Positions 13,990 through 26,375 of a stretch of 64,000 nt of DNA are shown piece after piece. Below the pieces are notes generated by a model, which was given only the letters and a program-made list of their open reading frames with translations, had not been told where the DNA came from and made no database searches. The stretch is from the NCBI RefSeq assembly GCF_006345805.1, contig NC_043001.1, positions 134,168,001 to 134,232,000 on the forward strand, written 5' to 3'. Position numbers and translations under genes: made by a program. Every line of letters begins with the position of its first letter. The stretch's first letter is position 1. This DNA comes from Octopus sinensis. Taxonomy: Eukaryota.

Positions 13990-14101
13990 GAGCCAGTACT
14001 GTGATGTGAGTATATGGCAGGATTAGAACATGTATCTTTCATTGTGATGAATATAGTGTGATAACGCTATATGAATATCCTTTACTATGATGTATATATA
14101 G

Positions 14102-15260
14102 CATCATCATCATCATCATCGTTTAATGTCTGCTTTCCATGCTAGCATTGGTTGGACGGTTTGACTGAGGGCTGGTGAGCCAGGAGGCTGCACCAGGCCC
14201 CAATCTGATCTGGCAAAGTTTCTACAGCTGGATGCCCTTCCTAATGCCAACCACTCCAAGAGTGTAGTGGATGCTTTTACATGCCACCGGCACAAAAGCC
14301 AGTCAGGCGGTACTGGCATCGCCCACGCTCAAGTGGTGCTTTTTATGTGCCACCTGCACAAGAGCTAGTCCAGCAGCACTGGCAACAACCACCCTCAAAT
14401 GGTACTTTTTTTACGTGCCACCAGTATGGGAGCCGTTCAGTGGCCCTGGCAACAATCATGCTCCAATGATGCTTTTAACATTCCTCTAGCAAGGGTGCCA
14501 ATCAGGCAGTACTGTCATCGACCAGAACAGCGATTTCACTTGCCTAAACAGGTCTTCGCAAGCATAGTTTATTGTCCAATGAATGAAGGGTACTCTTAAA
14601 TGGCATAGGCCATGGTTATGGTCTCATTTGGTTTGCCAGGTCTTCTCAAGCACAGCATATCTTCAAAAGTCTTGGTCACCTCGGTGAGGTCCAATGTTCG
14701 AAGGTCGTGCTTCACCACCTTATCCAAGGTCTTCCTGGGTCTACCTCTTCCACAGGTTCCCTCAACTGCTAGGGTGTGGCACTTTTTCACACAGCTTTCC
14801 TCATCCATTCACAACACATGACCATACCAGTACAGTTGTCTTTCTTGCACACCACATCTGATGCCTCTTAAGTCCAACTTTTCTCTCAGGGCACTTACAC
14901 TCTGTCGTGTATGCACACTGACATTACACATCCAGTGGAGTATACTGGCTTCATTCCTTGCAAGCTTATGCGTGGCCTCAGCAGTCATAGACCATGTTTC
15001 ACTGCCATGTAGCATAGCTGTTTGCACATATGTTTCTTACAGTCTACCTTTTACTCTGAGCGAGAGAGACTTTGTCACTAGCAGAGGTAGGAGCTCTCTG
15101 AACTTTGCCCAGGATATCCAGCTACACTTTCAGAGCATGCACTCTCACTACTGACTTGGTCACCTAGATAATGACAGCTATCAACTACTTGTAGATTTTC
15201 CCTCTGGAATGAGGGCACATTTGTTTCCTGTAACATCACGATTCTCTCTCACGCACTGTC
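14102..15260 (-). mobile_element. RTE-clade LINE, 3' 1.2 kb (RT C-terminus, 3'UTR, tail), degenerate
   Basis: The ORF track gives TAMLHGSETW...REKLDLRGIRCGVQERQLYWYGHVL and VEGTCGRGRPRKT, typical RTE motifs (LYGSETW, RLRWFGHV, GRPRK), followed by the shared 3'UTR and (GAT)n. Confidence 0.9.
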
Positions 15261-15370
15261 TTGCAACACAAAACAGCTTAAGTCTTTGGTCCTCACAATG
15301 CAGGACATTGTCAATTTTTTTCTTATCTGCTTCCCCTCTGGCTAAGTGGGTATGTGTGTGTGTGTGTGTG

Positions 15371-15411
<41 letters not shown>

Positions 15412-16635
15412 ATCATCATCGTTTAACGTCCGTTTTCCGTGCTAGCACGGGTTGGACAGTTCGACTGGGGTCTGGGAAGCCAGGGCTGCACCAGGCTCCA
15501 GTCTGATCTGGCAGTGTTTCTACAGCTGGATGCCCTTCCTAACGCCAACCACTCTGCGAGTGTAGTGGGTGCTTTTTACGTGCCACCTGCACAGGTGCCA
15601 GGGGGGGGGGTCTGGCATCGGCCACGATCGGTTGGTGCTTTTAACGTGCCACCGGCACGGAAGCCAGCCAAGGCGGTGCTGGCAACGGCCACGTTCGGAT
15701 GGTGCTTTTTATGTGCCACCGGCACGGAAGCCAGCCAAGGCGATATATATATAATGGAATTCATAGTAGAGGGAAACCTAGAAAAGTTTAAGATGAAAAT
15801 TGTTAATGCTGATCTTAAGATGCTGCATCTTACAGAGGAAATGAGAAAGGCATATAGACTGGCAATGCACAGTGTTGTAGAAGACCTGATACCTACAGTG
15901 AAAAATATCTTAACTGAAGGACAGTGTTTAGAGGCTGAGACACTTTGTACTCTATCAAGCATACACCATATATCTTGCTGCCCCACTCATCTTAAACCCT
16001 TTGATCCCACCCCTCCATCACCCTTATTGCTCACTTCACCCCAAATAATCTTGCCACTTACATCATACTATTTTTTTTTCCATCCCTGCCATCCGGGGGG
16101 GGGGTCTTCCTGATGTCATTGCTCTTTCTTCTAACCCTTTCCTCAGTCCCTTAAGCAAATACATATGCTCTAGGTTATTGGTACTTACTTGCTCCCATCA
16201 CCTACTTCTGATTTCATGGCTGGTAATGCCTCTACCCCACACTTCCCCCTCTCTGGTCTACATGTTTTAAGTCTGAGCACTCTCTACATTGTCTTGTGTA
16301 CAAGCACCACTCCTCTTGTACAGATATCTCAACTGAAATCTGAAAACTCGCCCTCCCGTAAAGTGACAGGTGAGTGAGACAACCTTTCTAGTGTTGGTAC
16401 CATAAAATGTGCCCAATACACCTGATACAATGGTTAGTTGGCAAAGTGAGCAGAGACTGCTGGGGTTCTAAGGTCCCTTTATTCAACCTCTCCACTGTAA
16501 GTGGCACAAAAAAACAAAACCCAACACACCCTGCAAAGGGAAAAGTATCCCTTTCTCCCTTCCTCACCCACACTTCTTTACCCACCCATTCAACACATCT
16601 CCCAGTTTCTCATCTATATACAGTTTTATTTTAAA

Positions 16636-16867
16636 GGCAGCGAGCTGGCAGAAACGTTAGCGTGCCGGGCAAAACGCTTAGCGGTATTTCGTCTGTCGTT
16701 ACATTCTGAGTTCAAATTCCGCCGAGGTAGACTTTGCCTTTCATCCCTTTCGGGGTCGATAAATAAAGTACCAGTTGCGTACTGGGGTCGATGTAATCGA
16801 CTTAATCCGTTTGTCTGTCCTTGTTTGTCCCCTCTATGTTTAGCCCCTTGTGGGTAGTAAAGAAATA
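16636..16867 (+). mobile_element. Young SINE family A (Meta-domain-like core), full length
   Basis: ggcagcgagctggcagaaacgttagc...ttctgagttcaaattccgccgaggt.gactttgcctttcatccctttcggggtcgataaataaagtaccag...tttagccccttgtgggtagtaaagaaata. Sister copies at 19250-19450 (-), 22139-22344 (-), 27873-28100 (+), 58707-58940 (+) and 59599-59830 (-). Confidence 0.85.
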
Positions 16868-17440
16868 TATATACAGTTATTGCTGTTGCACTCCATTCTT
16901 CCTCACCATTCACTACATTAACCCCTACCCCCATCCCTAACCATCTGTCTGTCACACTCTTGAGCATATACCTACCCACCCTTCCTGGTTCTCTTTTATT
17001 ATTCTCTCTTTTACTCACCTTCTCGTACCTTGTGATTATGTCCTAGCATCTTACCATGACTAACTTTCTCCCTTCCAGTTACACCCACCCACACTTATAA
17101 TAATATGGGGTAGCTATGCATCTCATCTACATCAAAACACCTGTTCCTGGCCCTATCATACTTTAATCTCTCAACACCTGGCATAAAGTCACTTCCCTCT
17201 TTATTACAACCCCACTCAGTGGGGCTCTCTTTTTTTTTTGTCTTGAGTTACTTGGAAGTCTCATTAGCAACAGTTCCATAAAAAGAGTCCCAAGTACACT
17301 CTGTAAAGTGGTTGGCATTAGGAAGAGCATTTAGCCATAGCGAGCATACCAAAGCAGACACAGTCTTCTGGCTGGTCAGATCCTGTAATACCATCCAGCA
17401 CATGCTATCATGGAAGACCAACATGAAAAGCAGATGATGA

Positions 17441-17479
<39 letters not shown>

Positions 17480-17859
17480 CGTTAGGAAGGGCATCCAGCT
17501 GTAGAAACACTGCCAGATCTGACTGGGCCTGACGAAGCCTTCCAGCTTCACAGACCCCAGTTGACCCGTCCAACCCATGCTAGCATGGAAAGCGGACGCT
17601 AAATGATGATGATGATGATGATATTTGTATATATATGAAAATATATATTTGTATATATATATATATAAATATATATACAAATTGAGATAGGGGTTGTAAA
17701 TTCAACCCTCCATGGGATATATATCCAATATACTGCTAGTGAAGTACCCAACAAGGTTAATACATAAATGTTAAGGATTGCGATGCAATCAATTCATTTA
17801 CTGTATTATATGGGCAAAGGTAAAATGTTTTACCACAAATTCATAATTCAAAATAAGAA

Positions 17860-18480
17860 AATGGAGAAATACATCAAAATCAAATATCAATTACCAGATA
17901 ATACTATAATGCTCCCTTCAACATAGTTAATTATTTTTTTTAAATACTTCAAAAACACTTCCACCCCAACTAACAAACAAACAATGTAAAATTATTGTAC
18001 TCCACTATCAACAACTTTAAAAATAATTGTACCCAATTACAACCACCAAAAGTTGTTTGGAAGTGAAAACCTAAACCACACACACAATTGCAACTGTAGG
18101 AAACCTTAATCCTGCCCTCTAGAAGGAAATTGTCTCTCAAGAAATATCATATATAGCACAATAGTAACTACAAACATGACACCAACTATTGAATCTACAT
18201 ATATAGGATCTACGGTAAACCAGTTCAAGACATTATACAGCCAACACATGCACACTTTTCACAACCCACATAGGAAAAATGACATGTCACAACCCTTAAA
18301 CATACAACATACTTACATTCTTTTATGAACCCTTAAAAAAAATTCTATTACAGAAAAATGACATGCCTAATTACTAAGTTTTAAATACTGGACTAAACTT
18401 TGAACTCTATATTTTCAAAGCAAAGTGTTAAATGCAATAAAACGAAAAATAACTAAAACTACTGACATATCCTATACCTA
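17860..18480 (+). mobile_element. Penelope-like element relic, GIY-YIG endonuclease region
   Basis: From 18086: NCNCRKP*SCPLEGNCLSRNIIYSTIVTTNMTPTIESTYIGSTVNQFKTLYSQHMHTF, the CNC..CPL.GNC-IIY-YIG-FK.RY..H pattern of PLE endonucleases. Upstream is KHFHPN*QTNNVKLLYSTINNF. Stops and frameshifts are present. Confidence 0.8.
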
Positions 18481-18739
18481 CCTACCTACCAAGAGGAGCA
18501 CACCTAAATATTCACACCTGCTTACAAAGTCCTACATACATGAATAAATTCTAAACCATAACTACCCCAAATTTAATCAATAAAAATTTCTGAAAAACAC
18601 CTCTTTGTAACAGCCCACCCTAAAACCTAATTACCACTCCACTCAAACCCACATACCCAAGGAAGATTTTAACTCAACAGGGATTATATAAAGCTAGGCT
18701 AATTTCTCTGAACCACAGTCTGATGATGGTTTAATTGGA

Positions 18740-18830
18740 TGGCACCTTGGGCAAGTGTCTTCTACTATAGCCTCGGGCCAACCAAAGCCTTGTAAGTGGA
18801 TTTGGTAGACGGAAACGGAAAGAAACACAT

Positions 18831-18872
<42 letters not shown>

Positions 18873-19089
18873 CATATGTGTATATGTTTGTGTGTCTATG
18901 TTTGTCCACCCAACATTGCTTGACAACCGATGCTGGTGTGTTTATGTCCCCGTAACTTAGCAGTTCAGCAAAAGAGACCTATAGAATAAGTACTAGGCTT
19001 ACAAAGAATAAGTCCTGGGGTTGATTTGCTCGACTAAAGATGGTGCTCTAGCATGGCTACAGTCAAATGACTGAAACAAAGAGTAAAAG
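18740..19089 (+). mobile_element. SINE family B, 5'-truncated
   Basis: ggcaccttgggcaagtgtcttctactatagcctcgggccaaccaaagccttg...gactgaaacaaagagtaaaaga. Confidence 0.8.
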
Positions 19090-19091
19090 AG

Positions 19092-19122
<31 letters not shown>

Positions 19123-20203
19123 GCACATGTGCACAGACAGACAGACAGACAAACAGAGTGTGAAGAGCCAAATTTGAGAGAGTAAGCAATCATACATAAC
19201 TGGAAGATTAGGGAGTCCTTGGCCCAAAAAAAGATCACTTGCTTTCTTATTTCTTTATTGCCCACAAGGGGCTAAACATAGAGGGGACAAACAAGGACAG
19301 ACAAATGGATTAAGTCAATTACATCGACCCCAGTGTATAGCTGGTACTTAATTTATCGACCCCGAAAGGATGAAAAGCAAAGTCGACCTCATCAGAATTT
19401 GAACTCAGAACACAGCATTTTGCCCAGCATGCTAACGTTTCTGCCAGCTTGCTTTCTTGATATACAACAATATGTGAGTACTGCAGTAAACAACAACAAC
19501 AGATATTGTTGTTTGGATATCACAGTAAAGTTCATAGCAAATATCAAATCAGGAAGGAAGAGGCTGGGAGAGAGAACTGCCATAGTAGCTGTCTATGTGG
19601 AAGATGGATAGCTGGAGAGGGGGGAACTGATTTATCAGAGCTAAAACCACCAACACTGTCAGACCTGTTCATCTTCCCAGCTTTGATCCCATTTAATTAT
19701 TTTAAGTTGACAACCACAATTCACATCTCTGTAGGATCTTTCAGTACTTTGGAAATTCACACTTGATGACACTGAAGATAATAGTTTTTAAACTATGAGC
19801 ACATATGTTGACCTTCCTTGTTTCATACAGCTAAATTTTACCCCCTAACCATATGTTAATATAAAACCATTCTTCAAAAAATCTTGTTGAAACAAAATGT
19901 TTTTTTATTGGAGAGAAAAAAAAAGAATAAAATTCCAAAACCAATATTAAAATAAGTTTATATGTCCACTGTAATAAAATAGAATATGGATAAGAACTGG
20001 AATGACAATTTCATGCTGTTGTGAATATGATGAGTGCTACTTTATAAAAGTGTGAAGTAGCCAGAATTTTGAGAAGATAATAAAATTTTTGTTACAAAAT
20101 CAGATAACGTAGTTATTGATTTAGAGAAAATTACCTATCAAGAAATGAGGCAAGGTGGTTAAGAACTGAAATTATATCAGAAATAATTACTGTTGGTCTA
20201 GGA

Positions 20204-20228
<25 letters not shown>

Positions 20229-20234
<6 letters not shown>

Positions 20235-20483
20235 AGGATAAGATCGATATTTAAATATCGAACTTATCAAGTGGCCAGCAAGGGAATAAAAACCTACAAA
20301 GGTAATAATTATTATTAAAATTATAATTTAGGGTATCTAAGAGATACCACCATGCTTGAAATAGCAGCCAAAACTTGACTCTAAAGCCACATTAAAAATT
20401 CATTTTTAAAGCGGTTTTAGAGTCAAGTTTTGGCTGCTATTTCAAGTGTGGTGGTATCTCTTAGATACCCTAAATTATAATTA
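20229..20483. repeat. (TA)n-bounded insert with a 32-bp palindrome and a 70-bp-arm inverted repeat
   Basis: Palindrome at 20237-20268. Arms at 20319-20388 and 20413-20482. Confidence 0.85.
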
Positions 20484-23317
20484 TATATATATATATATAT
20501 ATTTTTTTTTCTTTGCTAGATAGTACCTGAGATGAAGACAGAATGAACCAACTAAAATGTTATTTTAATCATAGAATGGCAAATGATTCTTAACCTGGAA
20601 ATATTGAAATATTTGAATAAATATGTTTCCCCAACCAACACCAGTCCTGAAATTTGGATGTTTAGTTTAAAAGAAATTTAGAACATTTATAGAATTTTTA
20701 GTCAAGAACTAAAAATTAAATATTGATTCTTAGCATGGGAGGTTGCTGCTGTTGCTGTTGAGCGAAGCAGTCTTCGTCCCAGTAGTGGGAGAAGTCCGAA
20801 ACGTGGTCCTTTGCTATTCGTAAGACCCGCAGAAGAGAAAGCAGGTCAACCCCTGACATCGGATGGATGAATGCCCATCCAGGCTCAGCGGTTGCGTAGG
20901 AAGTCGGGGACAAGAAACAGGAACAAAGAGTGAGAGAAAGTTGGAGCAAAAGAGTACAACGGGGGTCGCCACCACCCCCTGCCGGAGCCTCGTGGAGCTT
21001 TTTAGGTGTTTTCGCTCAATGAGGTTGCTGCTTAACTCCAGTTTTATGGCATGAGTCTGTGAGAGACTAATGTCTCTCTCTGGACACACCAATGAGAGAG
21101 TTCTATGATAATGATAATACATGTTATTAGTGATATACTTATGAGTTTTTAGGTGACACATAGTGGACTTTGACAAAAATAATTCCACTGCAATATCATG
21201 CTATAAAAAATATTTCCCTAAAATGAAAATACATGAACACATATAAGTAACAGTCCAAAAACAGGATCACTCAATTACTAATGAAGTAAAAATTTTGATT
21301 TTGATATGCTATGTGGTTGAACAACCTGCTAAAAACAGTAGCCAAATTTCCCTGAAATTTTATTATGGATAATTTTGTCCTAGATACACAAGAAACAACT
21401 AGATAGGATGGTCATAGCTGGACTGCATTTGATTATATCTTACCAGGAGTTATACAAGAACAATAGAAACTAGTCTGTCACAGGCAATATTCTTAAATGC
21501 ACCACCACTTATTCCCAATAACAAGGGTAACCACTGAGATAAAAATAAGTAGTCTGATAACAGACTCCCTCCACTGGGCCATTTCAACTCTACACCCGGT
21601 AAAATAATTCCAGCCAAAACACGTGAGTGAACATATAGATACATGCATGAAAGACATCATGTGTTTGTTAAATCTGCCAGAAATAGCAGCCAAATCTCTT
21701 TGAAATCTCATCATACCAAAAGGAAAGTTATATTAAACAATGCAGGTTCTAGATGTGAAAGTAACATGAGATGGTCATGGCTGGATGGTTATGATTATAG
21801 ATCTGCTGGATTAGAAACATAAAGTGAAGAAATATAAACACCACAAACAATGGCAACAAAAGCAGCAGCAACAACAACAACTAACCACAGCCTTTTATAG
21901 ATTTACAGATATTGTACAGAACTTTAAAAAGTATCTGAGATATTCCTTCAAATAATTGTATGTAATATATAGCCACTGCCCTTTAACTTTATGTGCCTCA
22001 TCGAGACTGCTCTTGGACCCTTTGTAACCTACTAAGATTCACTTATTGGAGGAACTCCTTACTATGAAGAAATTATCTCTGAAATTATGCACTAAAGCTG
22101 ATAAGAAAAAGATGAATGGTTTTATGTATGAGAATATATTTCTTTACTGCCCACAGGGGGCTAAACATAGAGGGGACAAACAAGGACAGACAAAGGGATT
22201 AAGTCGATTACATCGACCCCAGTTGGAAACTGGTACTTTATTTATCGACCCCGAAAGGATGAAAGGCAAAGTCGACCTTAGCGGAATTTGAACTCAGAAC
22301 GTAACGACAGACGAAATACGGCTATGCATTTCGCCCGGCGTGCTAGATGAAAACTCAGAACTGAATTCATGATGCTCTCCTCTTGCCCCCAGTCCTGATT
22401 TTGTAATTAATACCAGAAATATTTAAGTGATTTGTTTATTTTATTTGAAGCAGCTGAATTAAAAACTGGTGCTGGTTTGGGTTGACAGAGTGTTAAACTG
22501 TTGCTGGGTGAAAGGTTAAGTTCCATATTCCATTCACCAACACAATGTTGTGTTGACATTCAGTCTATTTATTGCCTGTTTCAATCCACTTTAAATAGTT
22601 GCCATAGGTAGGTTTATCCCCACCACCAATGTAGGCTTGCAGAATTGAAAAATGAGTAATGGTAAGTTTTTAGCTTGCTGTATAGGATACAATCTTCTCA
22701 ATGGGGTTGTAGTAGACAACAAGAAGCCCCTCCTATGAAACATCTCCTAAGAAATCTTTATATCCACAAGATAACTAGGGAATTCAATCTCCCAGTGACA
22801 CTTTCAACAGTATCAAACAGTTAAGATAACAAAAATAGACCATACAGCAACTGGCAACATTTTCCTCTGAAAGTAATATAGTCATTATTGCTTCCCAAGA
22901 CACTGAAGATGTGTTAGATGGGGAAGTGGTTGTCATACAGAAAGGAAAATAGCTTTAATGAATATTCCTTATTAAAGGAAAAAAAATCTGTTTATCACAT
23001 ATTTAAGACTAAATGGTTTCTTTTTGAATTAATCAAGGAAGTTATTATATATGTAGTACTTCTGCCTGTTAGAAAATGATAATTCTATTGTAGGCACAAG
23101 GTCTGAAATTTTTGGGGAAGTGAGTTAGTTGATTATATCAGCTCCAGTATTCAAGTGGTACTTATTTTATCGACCTGAAAAGGATGAAAGATAAAGTAGA
23201 TATGAGGGGCATTTGAACTTGGAACATAAAGCTAGAAGAAATTCCACGAAGCATTTTGTCCAGCATGCTAACAATTCTGCCAGTTTACCACCTTAATAAT
23301 AACAACAATCCTTTCTT

Positions 23318-23790
23318 TATTAGCCACAAGGGCTGACAAAAATAAGATTGGACATTACAAAATATTAAGGACAAAGTAGGGTTACATAAAGTGTTGTGTA
23401 AAAAGTCGATAACAATGAAAAATATAACAAAGAAAATGCCTAAGAGGCAAGCAACACAAAGCTACTCATGGAGACCCCGCAAATAAACCACAAGCACCCC
23501 GACCACTCAGGCAAGAGCCCTCTCTCCATCATTCTCTCTCTCTCTCAGCCTTGGAAACTCAAAAGCACATGCTCAAGGTAGGCCCATTGATACAGACCAT
23601 CTTCGTCACATTCATCCAGCTTTCAACAAATTTGCTGGAAGTCAGCACTTCTCGCTTTCCTTTTCAGATGGTATCTAAAAAAGTTGATGAGGGGTCGCCC
23701 TTGCAGTCTAGACCACCACACAACTTCTTTTGCTACAACTACGAGACATGAAAATTGCATACTCTTGCTGGCCAAAGGAAGGCGATGGGA
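23318..23790 (-). mobile_element. L1/Tx1-like LINE 3' end, degenerate
   Basis: Minus strand reads FSCLVVVAKEVVWWSRLQGRPLINFFRYHLKRKARS, then a 3'UTR ending agcccttgtggctaataaagaaagg. A homologous + strand piece near 45245-45390 reads MVVKKIVWKIKRTENRHFPLNHSFINLHLKRKVRMDKQVL. Clade assignment is from memory. Confidence 0.55.
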
Positions 23791-25974
23791 CAAATAATAA
23801 TAATAAAGCTACCTTTATTATCATTATGATGGTCATAATTTGTTATTCTTCTGAGAGAAAAAAATAATGCAATGAGGAAAGATGTTTATTTTGAAAATAG
23901 TGCGGAAAAGGTTTCCACAGTGTTACAATGTACTTTCCCTTATAATAGGGGCTGTGAGGGACCAAAACAACACCTTCAATACTTAACAAACACCTAAAAA
24001 AGAACATAATTAGAATTCCATCCTTAGTAATATACTGAGACTGATGAGGTTGTTGATGGTGGTCTTAGTGGTAGTGGTGGTGGTGGTAGTGGTGGTGGCG
24101 GTAGTGATATTGGTGATGTTGGTAATAAAAATAAATGGAGGGATACATACAATAATGATAATAACAGCAGTCTAATTTGCCCATTATTCAGCAAACCAGA
24201 GAAAAGGTCAAAGTGAAAACAGGAACCAAGGCAACTTCCAGCCTTCCATTTTTGACATACAATTAGAGAGGTCATCCAGCCTACACAACTACGACATACA
24301 TACACACACACTGGAAAACTGTGACAGTGTGTCATGTTTGTGTAACATACACACACACACACTCCAGCCTTCAGTCAGAGAACAGCAAACACACTCTTAC
24401 CTTCATTAGTCAGTGTCTGAATATCTGTCTGTCTGTTTCTCTCTCTCTCTCTCTTCCTCTTAAGGTCAGAAGTTGTCACAGTGAAATACCCAGGTCAAGT
24501 TACCACAATATTTGGGATTCACAAAGTTGAAATACAGAGAAAGGAATTAAAAAAGCAAATGACAGAAAAGAAATTTTTCTCCTAGTTAGAAGCCAGTTAT
24601 TAATTATATCATTTGAATTCAGTGCAAAAAGACGCAAAATGCTCTCTAATCCTAATGTGAAAAGGCTTTATTAAAATAGACAAGACATATACTCACACAC
24701 ATCGTCATCATCATCATTTAAAATCCACATTCCATGCTGGCATGGGTTGGATGGTTTGACCTGAAGACTATGCCAAGCTCAAGTGTTTGCTGTGGCATGG
24801 TTTCTCCAGCTGGATGCCCTTCCTAACACCAACTACTTTACTGAGTGTACTGGATGCTTTTTATGTGGCACCAACACCAGTGAAGTCACTGAGTAACTTG
24901 CAAGATAGCAACCTTCAACAAATTGGGGAGTAGTAGTATGAGGAGATGGCTTAGTGTCTGGTGATAAGAGGTTAAGGGTATGATAGAGGGAGAGAAAAAG
25001 GTATCTTGCAGTAGAGAAGATACATTGCTACCTCAGTTGGAAAAAGAGAAAGGAGACAGAGAGAGATAAAATAAGATGGTGAAGATGTGTCATGGCATAC
25101 CCTCAAGTTACAAGGTGTACATAAGTGAAGAGGTACAGAGAATTAGATAGAGTAGACAGCAATGTTCATGATATGTGTGTGTGTGTCATTATCATCATTT
25201 AATGTCCATTTTCCATGCTGGCATGGGTTGGATGATTTGACAGGTTCCTTATCTTTTTTTGCATGATTTCTATAGCTTGATGCCATTCCAAATGCCAATT
25301 ACTTTACAGAGTGTACTGGGTGCTTTTACACAACACTGGCATGGGTGTTTTTGTATGTGGCACCAGCACCCACAAGACTAGGATCCCTCAGGTGAAGAGG
25401 GATGTAAGGGACATGTGTGTCCCTTACATTCATCATCTCTGTTTTTCAAATAAATGCCACTGGTCACTCTTAGTTATTTCTCTTAATTTACTTTCATTTC
25501 ATTTAAGCAAACTTACCTCGGCCATAAATATGTTCAATACATTTTTGTTCATGTCTAAGGATCCCACCTGATGAAAATGAGTTTTACAATTATGGTGCTG
25601 ATGACACCTATTAAGGTACAAACATGTGTCCACAACTATTTTCTAGTCTTCAGACTATAAGACTGCCTTTTTCTTAATAACATGTTAATTCTAGAGAATT
25701 CTTAAGTCTTCAGATTAACTTCCCTTTCCATTTGGAATTGGTACTAATTGCCACCAAGCAATTATTCTATCCTCACTGGAACAGAGATAATTTCAATAAA
25801 CCAATAATTTTTCCTTGTATGTTATTTAATATGTCCTTGTTCACCTTTGCTGGTGTGTGTGTGTGTATATATATATAGTTAATCCAAACAAGAAAGCACA
25901 AAAAAAACACAACAACACGAGGACGTGGAACAAATATAGTATTATTGGATGTTCAGGAAAGAAGGAAAGAAGGA

Positions 25975-26013
25975 GGGTTTAACGTTTCGAGCGGAGCTCT
26001 TTGTCGGAAACAC
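25975..26013 (-). ncRNA. Minimal Penelope-type hammerhead ribozyme motif (core-mutated) inside a microsatellite-bounded insert at 25879-26093
   Basis: Minus strand: gtgttt CCGACAA a GAGC tcc GCTC GAAAC GTT aaaccc. Stem I is gttt/aaac, stem II is GAGC/GCTC, and stem III is the palindrome AACGTT. The core differs from CUGANGA at U4 and G8. Confidence 0.65.
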
Positions 26014-26093
26014 AGGAGAAGGAAAGATCCAGAGAAGGGAAGACAGAGGAAAAAAAAAAAATCGCCAATGGTACACATGAGGTCACATTTGAA

Positions 26094-26126
<33 letters not shown>

Positions 26127-26375
26127 TATCTGTTTAGTGTTGACTGTTGGAAGAAAGAGTACTAGATACCATCTTAGATATTAATAATACTTTTATTTTG
26201 GCTGAATCAGTCTCTTGCTACTCAGTTTTGCCTGTGGATGCACAGGGTCTCCAAGCAAGTTACAACTCTTGAATGACTCAGTTCTAACTTGCCTGAAGAC
26301 CCTGTGGCACCCACATGTGAAATTTGGAGTAGCAAGAGACTAATTCAACCAAAATAAATATATATATATATATAT

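Noticed and set aside
15439-16113. Longest ORF (224 aa)
   Set aside because: It is chimeric: an antisense RTE 3'UTR, a TA tract, a unique stretch (MEFIVEGNLEKF...) and a C-rich repeat. I recognise no domain. A BLASTP of the middle 70 aa would settle it.
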